A DNA stretch of 53,647 nt, from positions 1 through 53,647 of IMG/VR virus record IMGVR_UViG_3300010354_000120; one strand, written 5' to 3'. Below, one piece after another: positions 6,998-16,283 of this stretch (positions are counted from its first letter, which is position 1; every line of letters begins with the position of its first letter). Below the pieces are notes generated by a model. The model had not been told where the DNA came from. It saw only the letters and a program-made list of their open reading frames with translations, and searched no databases. Origin of the DNA: a virus (Duplodnaviria > Caudoviricetes). Position numbers and translations under genes: made by a program.

Positions 6998-7591
6998 ATG
7001 ACACCCTTTGATTGTTATAAAACTTATCTTGCACTAAAAAATCACTTCACAAAAGAAAAGTATGACTACCACAAATATTGTGGTAAAAGTCGAGCATCAT
7101 TACAATCCTTCTACAATCGCAAGGATAGATTTTGGTTCGAAAAATTATCCAGAAACAAAACAGATAAAGAAATTGTAGACTTTTTCGTATCTAATTTTGT
7201 ATCTAAGGATAATCCAGACACTCTATGGATCGGTGAGATTATTCGTAGCGGTGACAAAACATATTCCGAATGGAAAAAAAGAACTCAATCTTTGACATAT
7301 TTGTTTAAAGAAGAGACTGAAAAATTATTTAAAGACCACACTCTTGATGATGCGTTTGATTGCTCTAAAGGGCACCCAATTGTTCTTAAGTCATTTCTTA
7401 ATGGAGAGATTAGTATTGAAACTTTGGTGATTTATAATCGAATATTTGAGATTGGAAAGCAATTTGATAAAAAGTTAAATGATCCAGTGTGGACATTAGT
7501 ATCCCTAAAACTTAGAAAATATAATGACTTTCTAAATATTAACATCTTCCCTTACAGAAAAAATTTAAAAAGTATATTACTTGGAGATTGA
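6998..7591 (+). CDS. gp59: helicase loader
   Basis: YKTYLALKNHFT...YDYHKY...F.RKDRFWFEKL; synteny gp33-gp59-gp32. Confidence 0.92.
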   Translation: MTPFDCYKTYLALKNHFTKEKYDYHKYCGKSRASLQSFYNRKDRFWFEKLSRNKTDKEIVDFFVSNFVSKDNPDTLWIGEIIRSGDKTYSEWKKRTQSLTYLFKEETEKLFKDHTLDDAFDCSKGHPIVLKSFLNGEISIETLVIYNRIFEIGKQFDKKLNDPVWTLVSLKLRKYNDFLNINIFPYRKNLKSILLGD

Positions 7592-7592
7592 T

Positions 7593-7940
7593 ATGGGTTT
7601 CTTTGACTCTGATATTGTGAGGTCGGAACTTGCGGAGATCTCCGACTTACAGGAAAGGATTTATTCCAATGTGTTCAAGTTTTCTTCTATGACTAGGGAG
7701 GAAAAACTTGAGCACGTTGATTTATTAGATCTTCTGCTACAAAAGCAACAGGTTCTTTATACGCGATTGAAATTGTCAGATGATCCAAAAGCAAAGGAAA
7801 TGAAAAATCGCATTACGGAATCTGCAAAAATGATGGGTCTTCCCATAAATTCTGATGTTGGGATTGTATTAAAGAATATAGCAGCAGTTCTGCAGTCAAT
7901 GCGCGAAAGAATTGACAGGACCGGTTCGGACCTGCCATAA
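7593..7940 (+). CDS. DUF1825-family protein
   Basis: MGFFDSDIVRSE...LLQKQQVLYTRLKLSDDPKA. Confidence 0.8.
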   Translation: MGFFDSDIVRSELAEISDLQERIYSNVFKFSSMTREEKLEHVDLLDLLLQKQQVLYTRLKLSDDPKAKEMKNRITESAKMMGLPINSDVGIVLKNIAAVLQSMRERIDRTGSDLP

Positions 7941-7987
7941 TAGAATCATAAAGGTCGGATGGCAGACGACTAAATATTAAAATGGGC

Positions 7988-8016
7988 TTGACATCCCTTC
8001 CGCTCAATACTAGGAT
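7988..8016 (+). promoter_or_regulatory. sigma70-type promoter of gp32
   Basis: TTGACA-17-TAGGAT; additional TTGACA at 7912 and CTAAATA at 7970. Confidence 0.7.
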
Positions 8017-8060
8017 AAAGTTGTCACAAGTGCCAAATACAAAACATACGGAGCATACAC

Positions 8061-8990
8061 ATGTCTTTTGCTGATCTCAAAAAGCAATCTACACTGGGTT
8101 CTTTGACTGATAAACTAGTCAAACAAGTAGAAAAACTGAATAGTGGTGGTGGATCTGGAGTTGATGACCGCTTCTGGAAACCCGAAATGGATAAGAGTGG
8201 CGTCGGATCTGCCGTAATTCGCTTTCTTCCCGCGCCCAAAGGAGAAGATCTTCCTTGGGTTCAAATGTTCTCTCATGCCTTCCAAGGTCCTGGTGGATGG
8301 TATATTGAGAATTCTCTGACAACTCTTGGTCAGAAAGATCCCGTCTCAGAGTATAATCGCACTCTGTGGAATAGTGGTAATGAAAAGGACAAGGAAACTG
8401 TGCGCAGGCAAAAGCGCAAACTGTCCTACTACGCAAACATCTATGTTGTTCGCGATCCTGCACATCCTGAAAATGAGGGTCGTGTATTCCTGTTCAAGTT
8501 TGGTAAGAAAATCTTTGACAAGATTCTGAATGCTATGCAACCAGAATTTGAAGATGAGACTCCTATCAATCCATTTGACTTTTGGACCGGTGCCAATTTC
8601 AAACTGAAGTTGGTCAAGAAGGATGGTTACTGGAACTATGATAAGTCCGAATTCGCTGCTTCTAAACCTCTTATGGAGGATGATGATGCGCTGGAAGCAA
8701 TCTGGGAGAAGCAGCACCTTCTGCAACCCCTTGTTGCTGCAGATCAATTCAAGTCATATCAAGATCTTGAAAAGCGTCTGAAGTATGTGATCGGACAAAA
8801 ACAGTCTGCTCGCAGAGAAGATCCTGAGGTTATGGATGAGGAGACTCTTGAAGAGCGTTCTCCTGAACTTCCAGACAATCTGCGTGATCAACTTAACAGT
8901 CTGTCATCCAGTCGCGTAGAAAGTTCCTCTGGGGGTGATGAGGACGACGATGATGCAATGTCTTACTTTCAACGACTAGTTGATATGTGA
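8061..8990 (+). CDS. gp32: single-stranded DNA-binding protein
   Basis: DDRFWKP, AVIRFLPAP, HAFQGPGGWYIENSLTT, FKFGKKIFDKI, acidic tail. Confidence 0.97.
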   Translation: MSFADLKKQSTLGSLTDKLVKQVEKLNSGGGSGVDDRFWKPEMDKSGVGSAVIRFLPAPKGEDLPWVQMFSHAFQGPGGWYIENSLTTLGQKDPVSEYNRTLWNSGNEKDKETVRRQKRKLSYYANIYVVRDPAHPENEGRVFLFKFGKKIFDKILNAMQPEFEDETPINPFDFWTGANFKLKLVKKDGYWNYDKSEFAASKPLMEDDDALEAIWEKQHLLQPLVAADQFKSYQDLEKRLKYVIGQKQSARREDPEVMDEETLEERSPELPDNLRDQLNSLSSSRVESSSGGDEDDDDAMSYFQRLVDM

Positions 8991-9668
8991 TCACTCAAAT
9001 AGTCTAATATTATCGCCTCTCTTAAGGGTTCTACTTACATATTGAGTAGAACCTTTTTTATATGGCATCAATCTCTCAATATCATCTAATACAAGACCCA
9101 GATACTTTGGTTTGAGGAGATTAATGCTTCTTTTTTCATTTTCTTTTTTTGATTCCCACTCATAGTATGTTACTGGTCTAGCAACACCATCGGAAATCAT
9201 TTCTTCACCGCGCCCTGGATCAAAATAAGTAATAGAGAAATCTTCAGGAACTTTAAGTCCCGCATTCATGATCACAACTCCTGCGGTATTACGAATCTCT
9301 GTCGTTTCATAATGATGAATTCCATTATAGAGATTCTCATACGATCCATATTTTTCAAGCATGATACGGTCAAATACGGTCTGCTTAACTGGCCATTCTG
9401 AGTGGACATTCACAATATTATTGGAAAGAAGAACTACCCAATCAAGATTCGAATCTTTATATGTTTTATAAGCAACATTATCTGGGCGTTCGTCACCAAC
9501 AATCTGATACTTTGTGAAAAACGCTAGGTTGTCAAGAATGTCTTCACGTATTTTTCCGCGCTTAAATATATTCTTTACTTCTGTAAAGTCAGAAATATTT
9601 TTGCGCTCGTTATCCCTACTAACGTATTCAAAATTGGGAAGATATTTAAAATATGAATATGATGACAT
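8991..9668 (-). CDS. gp53: baseplate wedge subunit
   Basis: YFKYLPNFEY, ERPDNVAY...DWVVLLSNNI..EWP, HHYET. Confidence 0.9.
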   Translation of the reverse strand: MSSYSYFKYLPNFEYVSRDNERKNISDFTEVKNIFKRGKIREDILDNLAFFTKYQIVGDERPDNVAYKTYKDSNLDWVVLLSNNIVNVHSEWPVKQTVFDRIMLEKYGSYENLYNGIHHYETTEIRNTAGVVIMNAGLKVPEDFSITYFDPGRGEEMISDGVARPVTYYEWESKKENEKRSINLLKPKYLGLVLDDIERLMPYKKGSTQYVSRTLKRGDNIRLFE

Positions 9669-9670
9669 GA

Positions 9671-10579
9671 TTAGTAACCGATTGGATGATCTGATTCTCT
9701 TTGATAATCTACATCGTAGATTGGTTCAATCTCTGTGAATTGTAGTTGCATAGAATACTGCGCCATGGTTGCGTCAGCATCATCATATGTCATGTATGAA
9801 CCTAGGGGAGTGTAATCAACTGCACAATTCTTTAGGGCACAGCACTTCTTAATCAGGTTAATTGATGGGTGTGTTTGAGAAGTTCCCTTTAGGTACTTAA
9901 TTTCAAAGACATATGGCGCTTTAAGAAATAATCTACCTGGAGTAAGTCTTACTGCCATATTTTCTTTGAAGAATCGAATGATTCTTTTTACTGATTTACC
10001 CTCTCTTTCATTCCTTGCGGTCATTTTGAAAGTGAACTGGAAGTCCCTAAGTGTTGGTCCTTGGAAAAGCAACTCAAGGTTTGGGTTGATGATCTGTCCA
10101 GTTGCCCTAGAAAGAAGACCTTCTCCGACACCAGCAGCTTGCTCTGCCATGTAGAGGTTTGCGAGTTTTGGATCCTGAAGAACGTCTTTGGCAAGTCCAC
10201 CAAGATTCTGACCAAGATTATCAAAACTCTTAGTGTCCATGAAGTCCAGAGATGAATTGACAAGTCTTCTCTGAAGTTCGTTTAATGACTTTGCTTCCCA
10301 CTGAACCGAGTTACTATCTGTAATTGGTGCTTGAACGGGAAGATACGCAGTGGGACCAATTCTTCTATATTTCACATCACCAACTTGCAGACCACCAGAC
10401 GCTGCTGTGCCAAGAGCCTTGGCCAACTCCCAAACGGTAAAAGAAACCCGATCCTGTTCGGGATCCATGTTGATAGGATAGGTTAGGAATGCACCGCCAA
10501 AAGAATCGCTAGTATCAGGTGATGCAATAGGAGCTGATGATACAGATCCTGCTTGTTCTGGAGACGTTGCTTCTGGCAT
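9671..10579 (-). CDS. gp48: baseplate tail-tube cap
   Basis: INPNLELLFQGPTLRDFQFTFKM, F.EIEPI; synteny. Confidence 0.88.
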   Translation of the reverse strand: MPEATSPEQAGSVSSAPIASPDTSDSFGGAFLTYPINMDPEQDRVSFTVWELAKALGTAASGGLQVGDVKYRRIGPTAYLPVQAPITDSNSVQWEAKSLNELQRRLVNSSLDFMDTKSFDNLGQNLGGLAKDVLQDPKLANLYMAEQAAGVGEGLLSRATGQIINPNLELLFQGPTLRDFQFTFKMTARNEREGKSVKRIIRFFKENMAVRLTPGRLFLKAPYVFEIKYLKGTSQTHPSINLIKKCCALKNCAVDYTPLGSYMTYDDADATMAQYSMQLQFTEIEPIYDVDYQRESDHPIGY

Positions 10580-10599
10580 TATGAGATAATGGTTTGTAT

Positions 10600-10944
10600 T
10601 TATTTATGAGAGAATTTAGCGAACGGTATTTTTCGTAATTCTGAGATTTCCTCCGGATATACTATGTGAAGTTTTCCAATCACTTCAATCCAGGTATATT
10701 GTCTTGCCATTCCCCAGTGAAAGTTAATCGCCCGGAATCCCCATTTTTCAATTGAGGTGACAGCAACGAGTGGATGAGCATCGTATTCAAAGTTACTTGT
10801 TTTTGGATAATAAACAAATGTATAGTATCCACCAACTTCAGGTATTAATACAGATTCTGTAAAAACTTCCAGAATACTCATCATAAGAGAGTCTGGATCC
10901 ATTTGCCCCGATATTTTTTTATTGAGTTCTTGTATTCTACTCAT
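10600..10944 (-). CDS. gp2: DNA end protector-like protein
   Basis: YTFVYYPKT...YDAHPLV...GFRAINFHW; between gp48 and gp4. Confidence 0.75.
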   Translation of the reverse strand: MSRIQELNKKISGQMDPDSLMMSILEVFTESVLIPEVGGYYTFVYYPKTSNFEYDAHPLVAVTSIEKWGFRAINFHWGMARQYTWIEVIGKLHIVYPEEISELRKIPFAKFSHK

Positions 10945-11396
10945 CCCTTCAGTCCCAATTCTTCTTCGGTTATGATCTTAAATTCAATCCTATTATCCTT
11001 ACAAAATTCTTTTGCTGCTTGCCACTTCGATTGATTTACTGCATAAGTCTGAACTTCTGTAATGTATGATTTTGTTGTCCTAGATCTTTGTTTCGGCGGC
11101 AGTGTTGACTTTTTGGGTTTAACTTCAATCAGATACTTGTGTTTTTTTCCATCATTTTCTAGCACTTCAATTAGAAAGTCTGGATAATATCTACATACTT
11201 TTTCTTTCACTGGATTCCAATATGGAATTGAGAACTCTTCAGATCCATACCTAAGAACCGCAGATGTTCTATCACACCACTTCATGAATTTTAGTTCCCA
11301 ACTGCTCCTATAAATTATGTTTGAAGGATCTCCAATATATTTCTCTGGGTTTTGGGGGTGAAATCTTCCCTGATAATACTTGGAATCTTTGGGCAT
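10941..11396 (-). CDS. gp4: head completion nuclease (TnsA-like fold)
   Basis: YQGRFHPQNPEKYIGD..IIYRSSWE, RYYPDF, IEVKP, NQSKWQAA; likely start ATG 11396. Confidence 0.93.
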   Translation of the reverse strand: MPKDSKYYQGRFHPQNPEKYIGDPSNIIYRSSWELKFMKWCDRTSAVLRYGSEEFSIPYWNPVKEKVCRYYPDFLIEVLENDGKKHKYLIEVKPKKSTLPPKQRSRTTKSYITEVQTYAVNQSKWQAAKEFCKDNRIEFKIITEEELGLKG

Positions 11397-11428
11397 ACAT
11401 AATATATAAGAGTAAGCTTTATTTATAA

Positions 11429-12259
11429 ATGCCCGCACCAAAACCGGTAATTAAGACTAACTCTCAGATTAAGTCTCTCCTGCTTCAACCATCCCTAACG
11501 TCACACTTTCAGGCATGGTTGGAACCGCCACCGGATCTACGTCAGTTCTATGATGCCGAGCATCTTTCTTTGTCATGCCATGAGGCGGCTCTTCCTGGTT
11601 CTGCAATCATGACTGCAGAATTGAATGATGATTATACCGGTGTCACAGAAAGACTTGGTTATCGCAGGCAGCATGATGAAAGAGCAACCTTTACATTCTA
11701 TGTTGATCTTGGTGGGTCTACACAGGGATCATATAGTGTAATTTGGTTTTTTGAGAAGTGGATTCAATATGCTATGAATGATGACGATCAAAGAAAAGAT
11801 AAGAATCGTTTCTATCGAGTAAGATATTCTGATCGATACAGATCTCCGGAAATTTATATCAATAAGTTTGAACGTGAAATGCAAGGAACATATCTTGCAT
11901 ATACATTTCTGCAAGCATATCCAGTTGAAATGATTACCATGCCTGTCAAGTATACTACATCGGAATTGATGATGTGTACAGTATCATTTACATATAACAG
12001 ATTTATTGTTGAAAGATTGGGATATGGAAGTGGAAATAATAACCCACGATTTGCTGGAAATCCAGCACAAACTCCAGTAAATCAGAATGCCAATTCGCCA
12101 AGTCCCCAAAATCCAAATAATAGACCCGTTAATGGTGCAGTATATAATGATTTCTTGAATGGTGATACTCAAAGAAATGGTAGAGCAATTGGCAATCCAG
12201 CACTTGATCAATATGGAACAAGAGATCAACTTGGCAGATCACAGGGTCTATTGGGGTGA
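11429..12259 (+). CDS. tail-tube-like baseplate protein (gp54/gp19-like)
   Basis: LSCHEAALPG, TFTFYVD, AYP...VSFTY; divergent from gp4, upstream of gp26. Confidence 0.7.
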   Translation: MPAPKPVIKTNSQIKSLLLQPSLTSHFQAWLEPPPDLRQFYDAEHLSLSCHEAALPGSAIMTAELNDDYTGVTERLGYRRQHDERATFTFYVDLGGSTQGSYSVIWFFEKWIQYAMNDDDQRKDKNRFYRVRYSDRYRSPEIYINKFEREMQGTYLAYTFLQAYPVEMITMPVKYTTSELMMCTVSFTYNRFIVERLGYGSGNNNPRFAGNPAQTPVNQNANSPSPQNPNNRPVNGAVYNDFLNGDTQRNGRAIGNPALDQYGTRDQLGRSQGLLG

Positions 12260-12290
12260 TAAATAAAGCATCTGAACTTTTTGAGAGATT

Positions 12291-13010
12291 ATGCCGTTAC
12301 CAAAGATTTCTACTCCGACTTATGAATTGGAACTGCCATCAACAGGAAAAAAGATAGAGTATAGACCCTTTTTGGTTAGGGAAGAAAAACTTCTTGTTTT
12401 GGCACTAGAAAGTCAGGACACCAAACAAATTTCCACAGCAATTAAGAACGTAATTAAAAATTGTATTGAAACAAAAGGCGTTAAAGTGGAAACTCTTCCC
12501 ACATTTGACATTGAATACATCTTCCTAAACATTAGGGGAAAGTCTGTTGGGGAAGAGATTGAAGTCAATATTATCTGTCCCGATGATGACAGCACCACTG
12601 TTCTCACTAAGATTAGTGTTGATGATATTCATGTCCAGAAGAATCCCGAGCACAATAACAAAATTAAGCTTGATGATTCTTTAATGATGGAGATGAAGTA
12701 TCCATCATTAGATCAATTCGTGAAGAGTAATTTTGATCTCGAATCCGACAATAACATGGAGCAATCGTTTGATTTGATTGCATCATGTATTGATAAGATC
12801 TATAATGAAGATGAAGTTTGGGTTGCTGCCGATGTAACCAAAAAGGAACTTAGTGATTTCCTTGATCAAATGAATACAACTCAATTCAAGCAGATTGAAA
12901 AATTCTTTGAAACGATGCCCAAACTATCACACACTGTGACAGTTAAGAATCCAAGCACTGGGGTTGAGAGTGAGGTTGTTCTAGAGGGACTATCAAGTTT
13001 TTTCGCCTAG
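12291..13010 (+). CDS. gp26: baseplate hub subunit
   Basis: MPLPKISTPTYELELPS, YRPFLVREEK, DIEYIFLNIRGKSVGE, LEGLSSFF. Confidence 0.93.
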   Translation: MPLPKISTPTYELELPSTGKKIEYRPFLVREEKLLVLALESQDTKQISTAIKNVIKNCIETKGVKVETLPTFDIEYIFLNIRGKSVGEEIEVNIICPDDDSTTVLTKISVDDIHVQKNPEHNNKIKLDDSLMMEMKYPSLDQFVKSNFDLESDNNMEQSFDLIASCIDKIYNEDEVWVAADVTKKELSDFLDQMNTTQFKQIEKFFETMPKLSHTVTVKNPSTGVESEVVLEGLSSFFA

Positions 13011-13012
13011 CC

Positions 13013-13195
13013 ATGTCCCACATGGATCTTGAAAACTATTTCGTATTAAATTTCTCCTTAATGCAGTATCATAAATATTCATTAACAGAGATAGAAAATA
13101 TGATTCCTTGGGAGAGAGATGTCTATGTGGGTATGTTGAAGAATCATCTTGAAGAAGAACGATTAAAAGCAGAGGCTCAGAAAAATGCCCGTTGA
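13013..13195 (+). CDS. gp51: baseplate hub assembly catalyst
   Basis: LMQYHKYSLTEIENMIPWERDVY. Confidence 0.9.
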   Translation: MSHMDLENYFVLNFSLMQYHKYSLTEIENMIPWERDVYVGMLKNHLEEERLKAEAQKNAR

Positions 13196-16100
13196 TTCTT
13201 TGGGAAAACTTTCCCTTTATACTGGCACTAAACAGACTGATTCAATATCAGAAGAAGATATTAACGATATTATCCTCCGACTCCTTGGGTTGGAGGATAC
13301 TTTTGATATTGACTATGATACATACAAGACTCTGCTAAAGCAAAAATTAATTGAGAACCAGATTCTCACCAGTAAAGGAAAGGCGATGCCTTCTGAAGAG
13401 GCTGAACTTCTTACTGAAGAATTGAAGAGAATTAAAGGAAAGGTTGGTAGATTTACAATTAAAAAGAAGAAGATTGGTGCAGATGCGTTTAAGAAATCTG
13501 CTGCTTCTGGGGCAACTGGTTCTGGAGTAAATAAGACTGCTAAACTATTATTTGGTCAACCTGGCGCAGGTCCACGCGGAACAGGATCTGCAGCGTCGGG
13601 TGTTAGACCAGTGGACGATAAAGAAGGAAAGAAGAGTGCCGATAGGAGCACCCAATTCGTAGACTCTTTAAAAAATATTGGGGAATCTCTACAAAATATC
13701 CTCAACACTCTAAAGAATCAATCAAAATCGGAAAAGAAGGAAGAAGAAAAGAATAGACGGGAAAAGGTAAGATCAAAAAGATCAAAGGAAGAAGAAAAAT
13801 TAGAGAAGAAAAGAGCAAAGGAATTAAAGAAATTACAGGAACAATTAATTGCTCCCATTAAAGGGCCCCTGGAAAGAATTTGGAATTTTATTAAATACAC
13901 TTTCCTTGGTGCTGCATTCAATTCACTAATGAAGTGGATAAGTGATCCAAAGAATGCCAAGAAAGTTGAGGTTCTTGGGCGTTTGCTTAAGACATTCTGG
14001 CCAGCTTTATTGGCAGCATTCTTGCTATTCATGACTCCCTTTGGGGGATTTGTCCGCAACACCATTAGATTAGTAGGTTTCTTTGCCAAGGGTATGGCGA
14101 AGATCATGCCTATGCTACTATCGGCACTAAGGAACTTAAAACTTACTGCTGGTGGTAGATTAACTGGTCGCGGAAAAGTTGCAGCAGCTGCTGGTCTTTT
14201 TATGGCTGGTGCTGCCATTCCTGCTCTAATGCCAGGAACAGTTGATGCTCAAGAAAGAAAAACTGAAAGTGCTCCAGGATCAAAAGAAGATAAGATAAAG
14301 CAACTACAAGCAGAAAGGTCAAAGGTTGGTTTATTTGATCCATGGGGCAAAAAAGCAGAGATTGATGAACAAATTCATCGTCTTAGAACCGGAGAAACTA
14401 AGAGATATGCTGGCGGCGGCCGCATCTTTAGTGGATTTGTTGGTGGTGATACAGGAACTCCTGTAACTGGGGCTGGAGAAGATACGCAATTACTACCAGT
14501 AGAGGGTGGCGGTAGTGCCGTATTGGCAAAAGGTGAATTGGTTCTTAATGAAGAGCAGCAACAAAAACTTGCTAATGAGACTGGGGTAGATCCTGCAAAG
14601 TTTGTAGTTGGTGGTGGAGGAACAGATGTTGCCGGTCAACTTAGACCAGTTTCTGCTCAAGATCCTCTTGGTGGAATTAGGTCTCAGACTCAGAGGTTCT
14701 CTCAGGGTGGTATAATTGGTTCAGGAAAAATTGGATCAACTGGTTCACAACCTTCGGGATCAGCAAATCCAATTAATCTTTGGAAGTATTATGGTGAACT
14801 TATAAAGGCTGGTAGATTTAAGGACATCTTTACACAAAAACCTCAGCAAAAAGCAGAAAATAAGGTAGGTGACTATAATAATGTATGGAATGACTTTGTA
14901 AAGAACTCTTTTACGAAACATGGTTTAGGAGGAAAATCTTCGGCACCAAAACCAACATCTAAGGGATCCACTGCTAAACCCAAAGCGCGAGGATATGCTG
15001 GCGGAGGAAGAGTTGCGCCTGCTCAATTGGGTGCTGTTGTTGGCGGGGCGGATGCGAAAAATATTAACCCAATATATAAGCAATCACTACCGATTCTTTT
15101 CCAGGCATTACAAAGCGGAAGATGGAAGGAACGAGGATGGGGAACTAAAGAGTTTATGCAAATGCTCACTGCACGAATGATGCAGGAAAGCCACAATTTT
15201 ACCAAAACTAGAGAAATTGCTGATGTATCCCCATCAGATCCAAAAGGTAAGCCAGGTTGGAACTATTTCAATAAAATTCGCGGTTATGGAAGCAATCCTG
15301 TATTAGGAAATAAGGGCGATGCCGATGGATATAATTTTATCGGAAGGGGTCCGGTTCAACTCACTGGAAGAGCAAATTATGAGATGTTTAATAAGTGGTT
15401 ACAGAGAAATGGATACAAGGGATATGATGTTGTAAAAAATCCTGGATTGATTGAAAAGGATCCCAAGGTTCAAGCACTTTCAGTTCTCTCATATCTGGAG
15501 AATCGTCAACAATTGTTCCCAGGTGCGAATCTGGCACAGATGGCATCTAGTGGAAATCTCAAAGATTTTGTTTATTCCATTAATGGTGGGCATCATGGAT
15601 TAGATGTGACACAAAAAAATCTTCAGGGAATCAAAACTCATAATGTAGATTTCAATAAACCCCCAAGTATTGTGCCAACACAACCACAAGCACCAAAGAG
15701 AAATTGGGTCCAAAGGTTATTGAATAGACCTGCCACTCCTGCTGCCAGACCTGCTGCCAAACCTGCTGCAGCTGCTCCCAAACCAGCAGCTGCACCACAA
15801 AGATCCTGGTATGATCCACGTGGATGGGTAGGAAAGCAGCACGGTGGTTCTATGATCACCGAAAATACAGGTATGAATATTCCTGGAGCAACCGCAGATA
15901 GGCAATTGGTTGCCCTTCAACCAGGAGAAAATCATTATATCTTTACTAAGAGATTTGTTGAGCATGGTGGTCTTGATGCTGTTGATAATTTGGTCGCTCA
16001 GTTTGATCCACATTCTGCTCCGGCAAAAGATGGTCGCCGTTCAAATTTGGCACAAATTAGTAATCAGGTAAATAGAAATGTGCCCGGACCACCGGTAAAG

Positions 16101-16277
16101 AATTCAGAAAACAACATGTCACTTCCAGCGATTAGACAATCCGCTATGTCTGGACCACTTGGACAAATGGAAGCGATGGATACTACTGGTTCTGAGGTGC
16201 CCATATTCTCTGCAGCTGCTGGTTCTGGAATACCAGAAAGAAGTAGACTTTGTGAAATCTACGGAATTGTGGGGTAA
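13185..16277 (+). CDS. large tail/tape-measure-like protein with GH19 (chitinase/lysozyme-like) domain
   Basis: Coiled-coil and hydrophobic N-half; QESHNF...LGN..DGYNFIGRGPVQLTGRANY...INGG GH19 motifs at about 15170-15600. Confidence 0.8.
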   Translation: MPVDSLGKLSLYTGTKQTDSISEEDINDIILRLLGLEDTFDIDYDTYKTLLKQKLIENQILTSKGKAMPSEEAELLTEELKRIKGKVGRFTIKKKKIGADAFKKSAASGATGSGVNKTAKLLFGQPGAGPRGTGSAASGVRPVDDKEGKKSADRSTQFVDSLKNIGESLQNILNTLKNQSKSEKKEEEKNRREKVRSKRSKEEEKLEKKRAKELKKLQEQLIAPIKGPLERIWNFIKYTFLGAAFNSLMKWISDPKNAKKVEVLGRLLKTFWPALLAAFLLFMTPFGGFVRNTIRLVGFFAKGMAKIMPMLLSALRNLKLTAGGRLTGRGKVAAAAGLFMAGAAIPALMPGTVDAQERKTESAPGSKEDKIKQLQAERSKVGLFDPWGKKAEIDEQIHRLRTGETKRYAGGGRIFSGFVGGDTGTPVTGAGEDTQLLPVEGGGSAVLAKGELVLNEEQQQKLANETGVDPAKFVVGGGGTDVAGQLRPVSAQDPLGGIRSQTQRFSQGGIIGSGKIGSTGSQPSGSANPINLWKYYGELIKAGRFKDIFTQKPQQKAENKVGDYNNVWNDFVKNSFTKHGLGGKSSAPKPTSKGSTAKPKARGYAGGGRVAPAQLGAVVGGADAKNINPIYKQSLPILFQALQSGRWKERGWGTKEFMQMLTARMMQESHNFTKTREIADVSPSDPKGKPGWNYFNKIRGYGSNPVLGNKGDADGYNFIGRGPVQLTGRANYEMFNKWLQRNGYKGYDVVKNPGLIEKDPKVQALSVLSYLENRQQLFPGANLAQMASSGNLKDFVYSINGGHHGLDVTQKNLQGIKTHNVDFNKPPSIVPTQPQAPKRNWVQRLLNRPATPAARPAAKPAAAAPKPAAAPQRSWYDPRGWVGKQHGGSMITENTGMNIPGATADRQLVALQPGENHYIFTKRFVEHGGLDAVDNLVAQFDPHSAPAKDGRRSNLAQISNQVNRNVPGPPVKNSENNMSLPAIRQSAMSGPLGQMEAMDTTGSEVPIFSAAAGSGIPERSRLCEIYGIVG

Positions 16278-16283
16278 TAACAA

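Noticed and set aside
10941-11396. TnsA transposase / Tn7-like element
   Set aside because: TnsA-like fold is expected for T4 gp4; located in the conserved gp2-gp4 context
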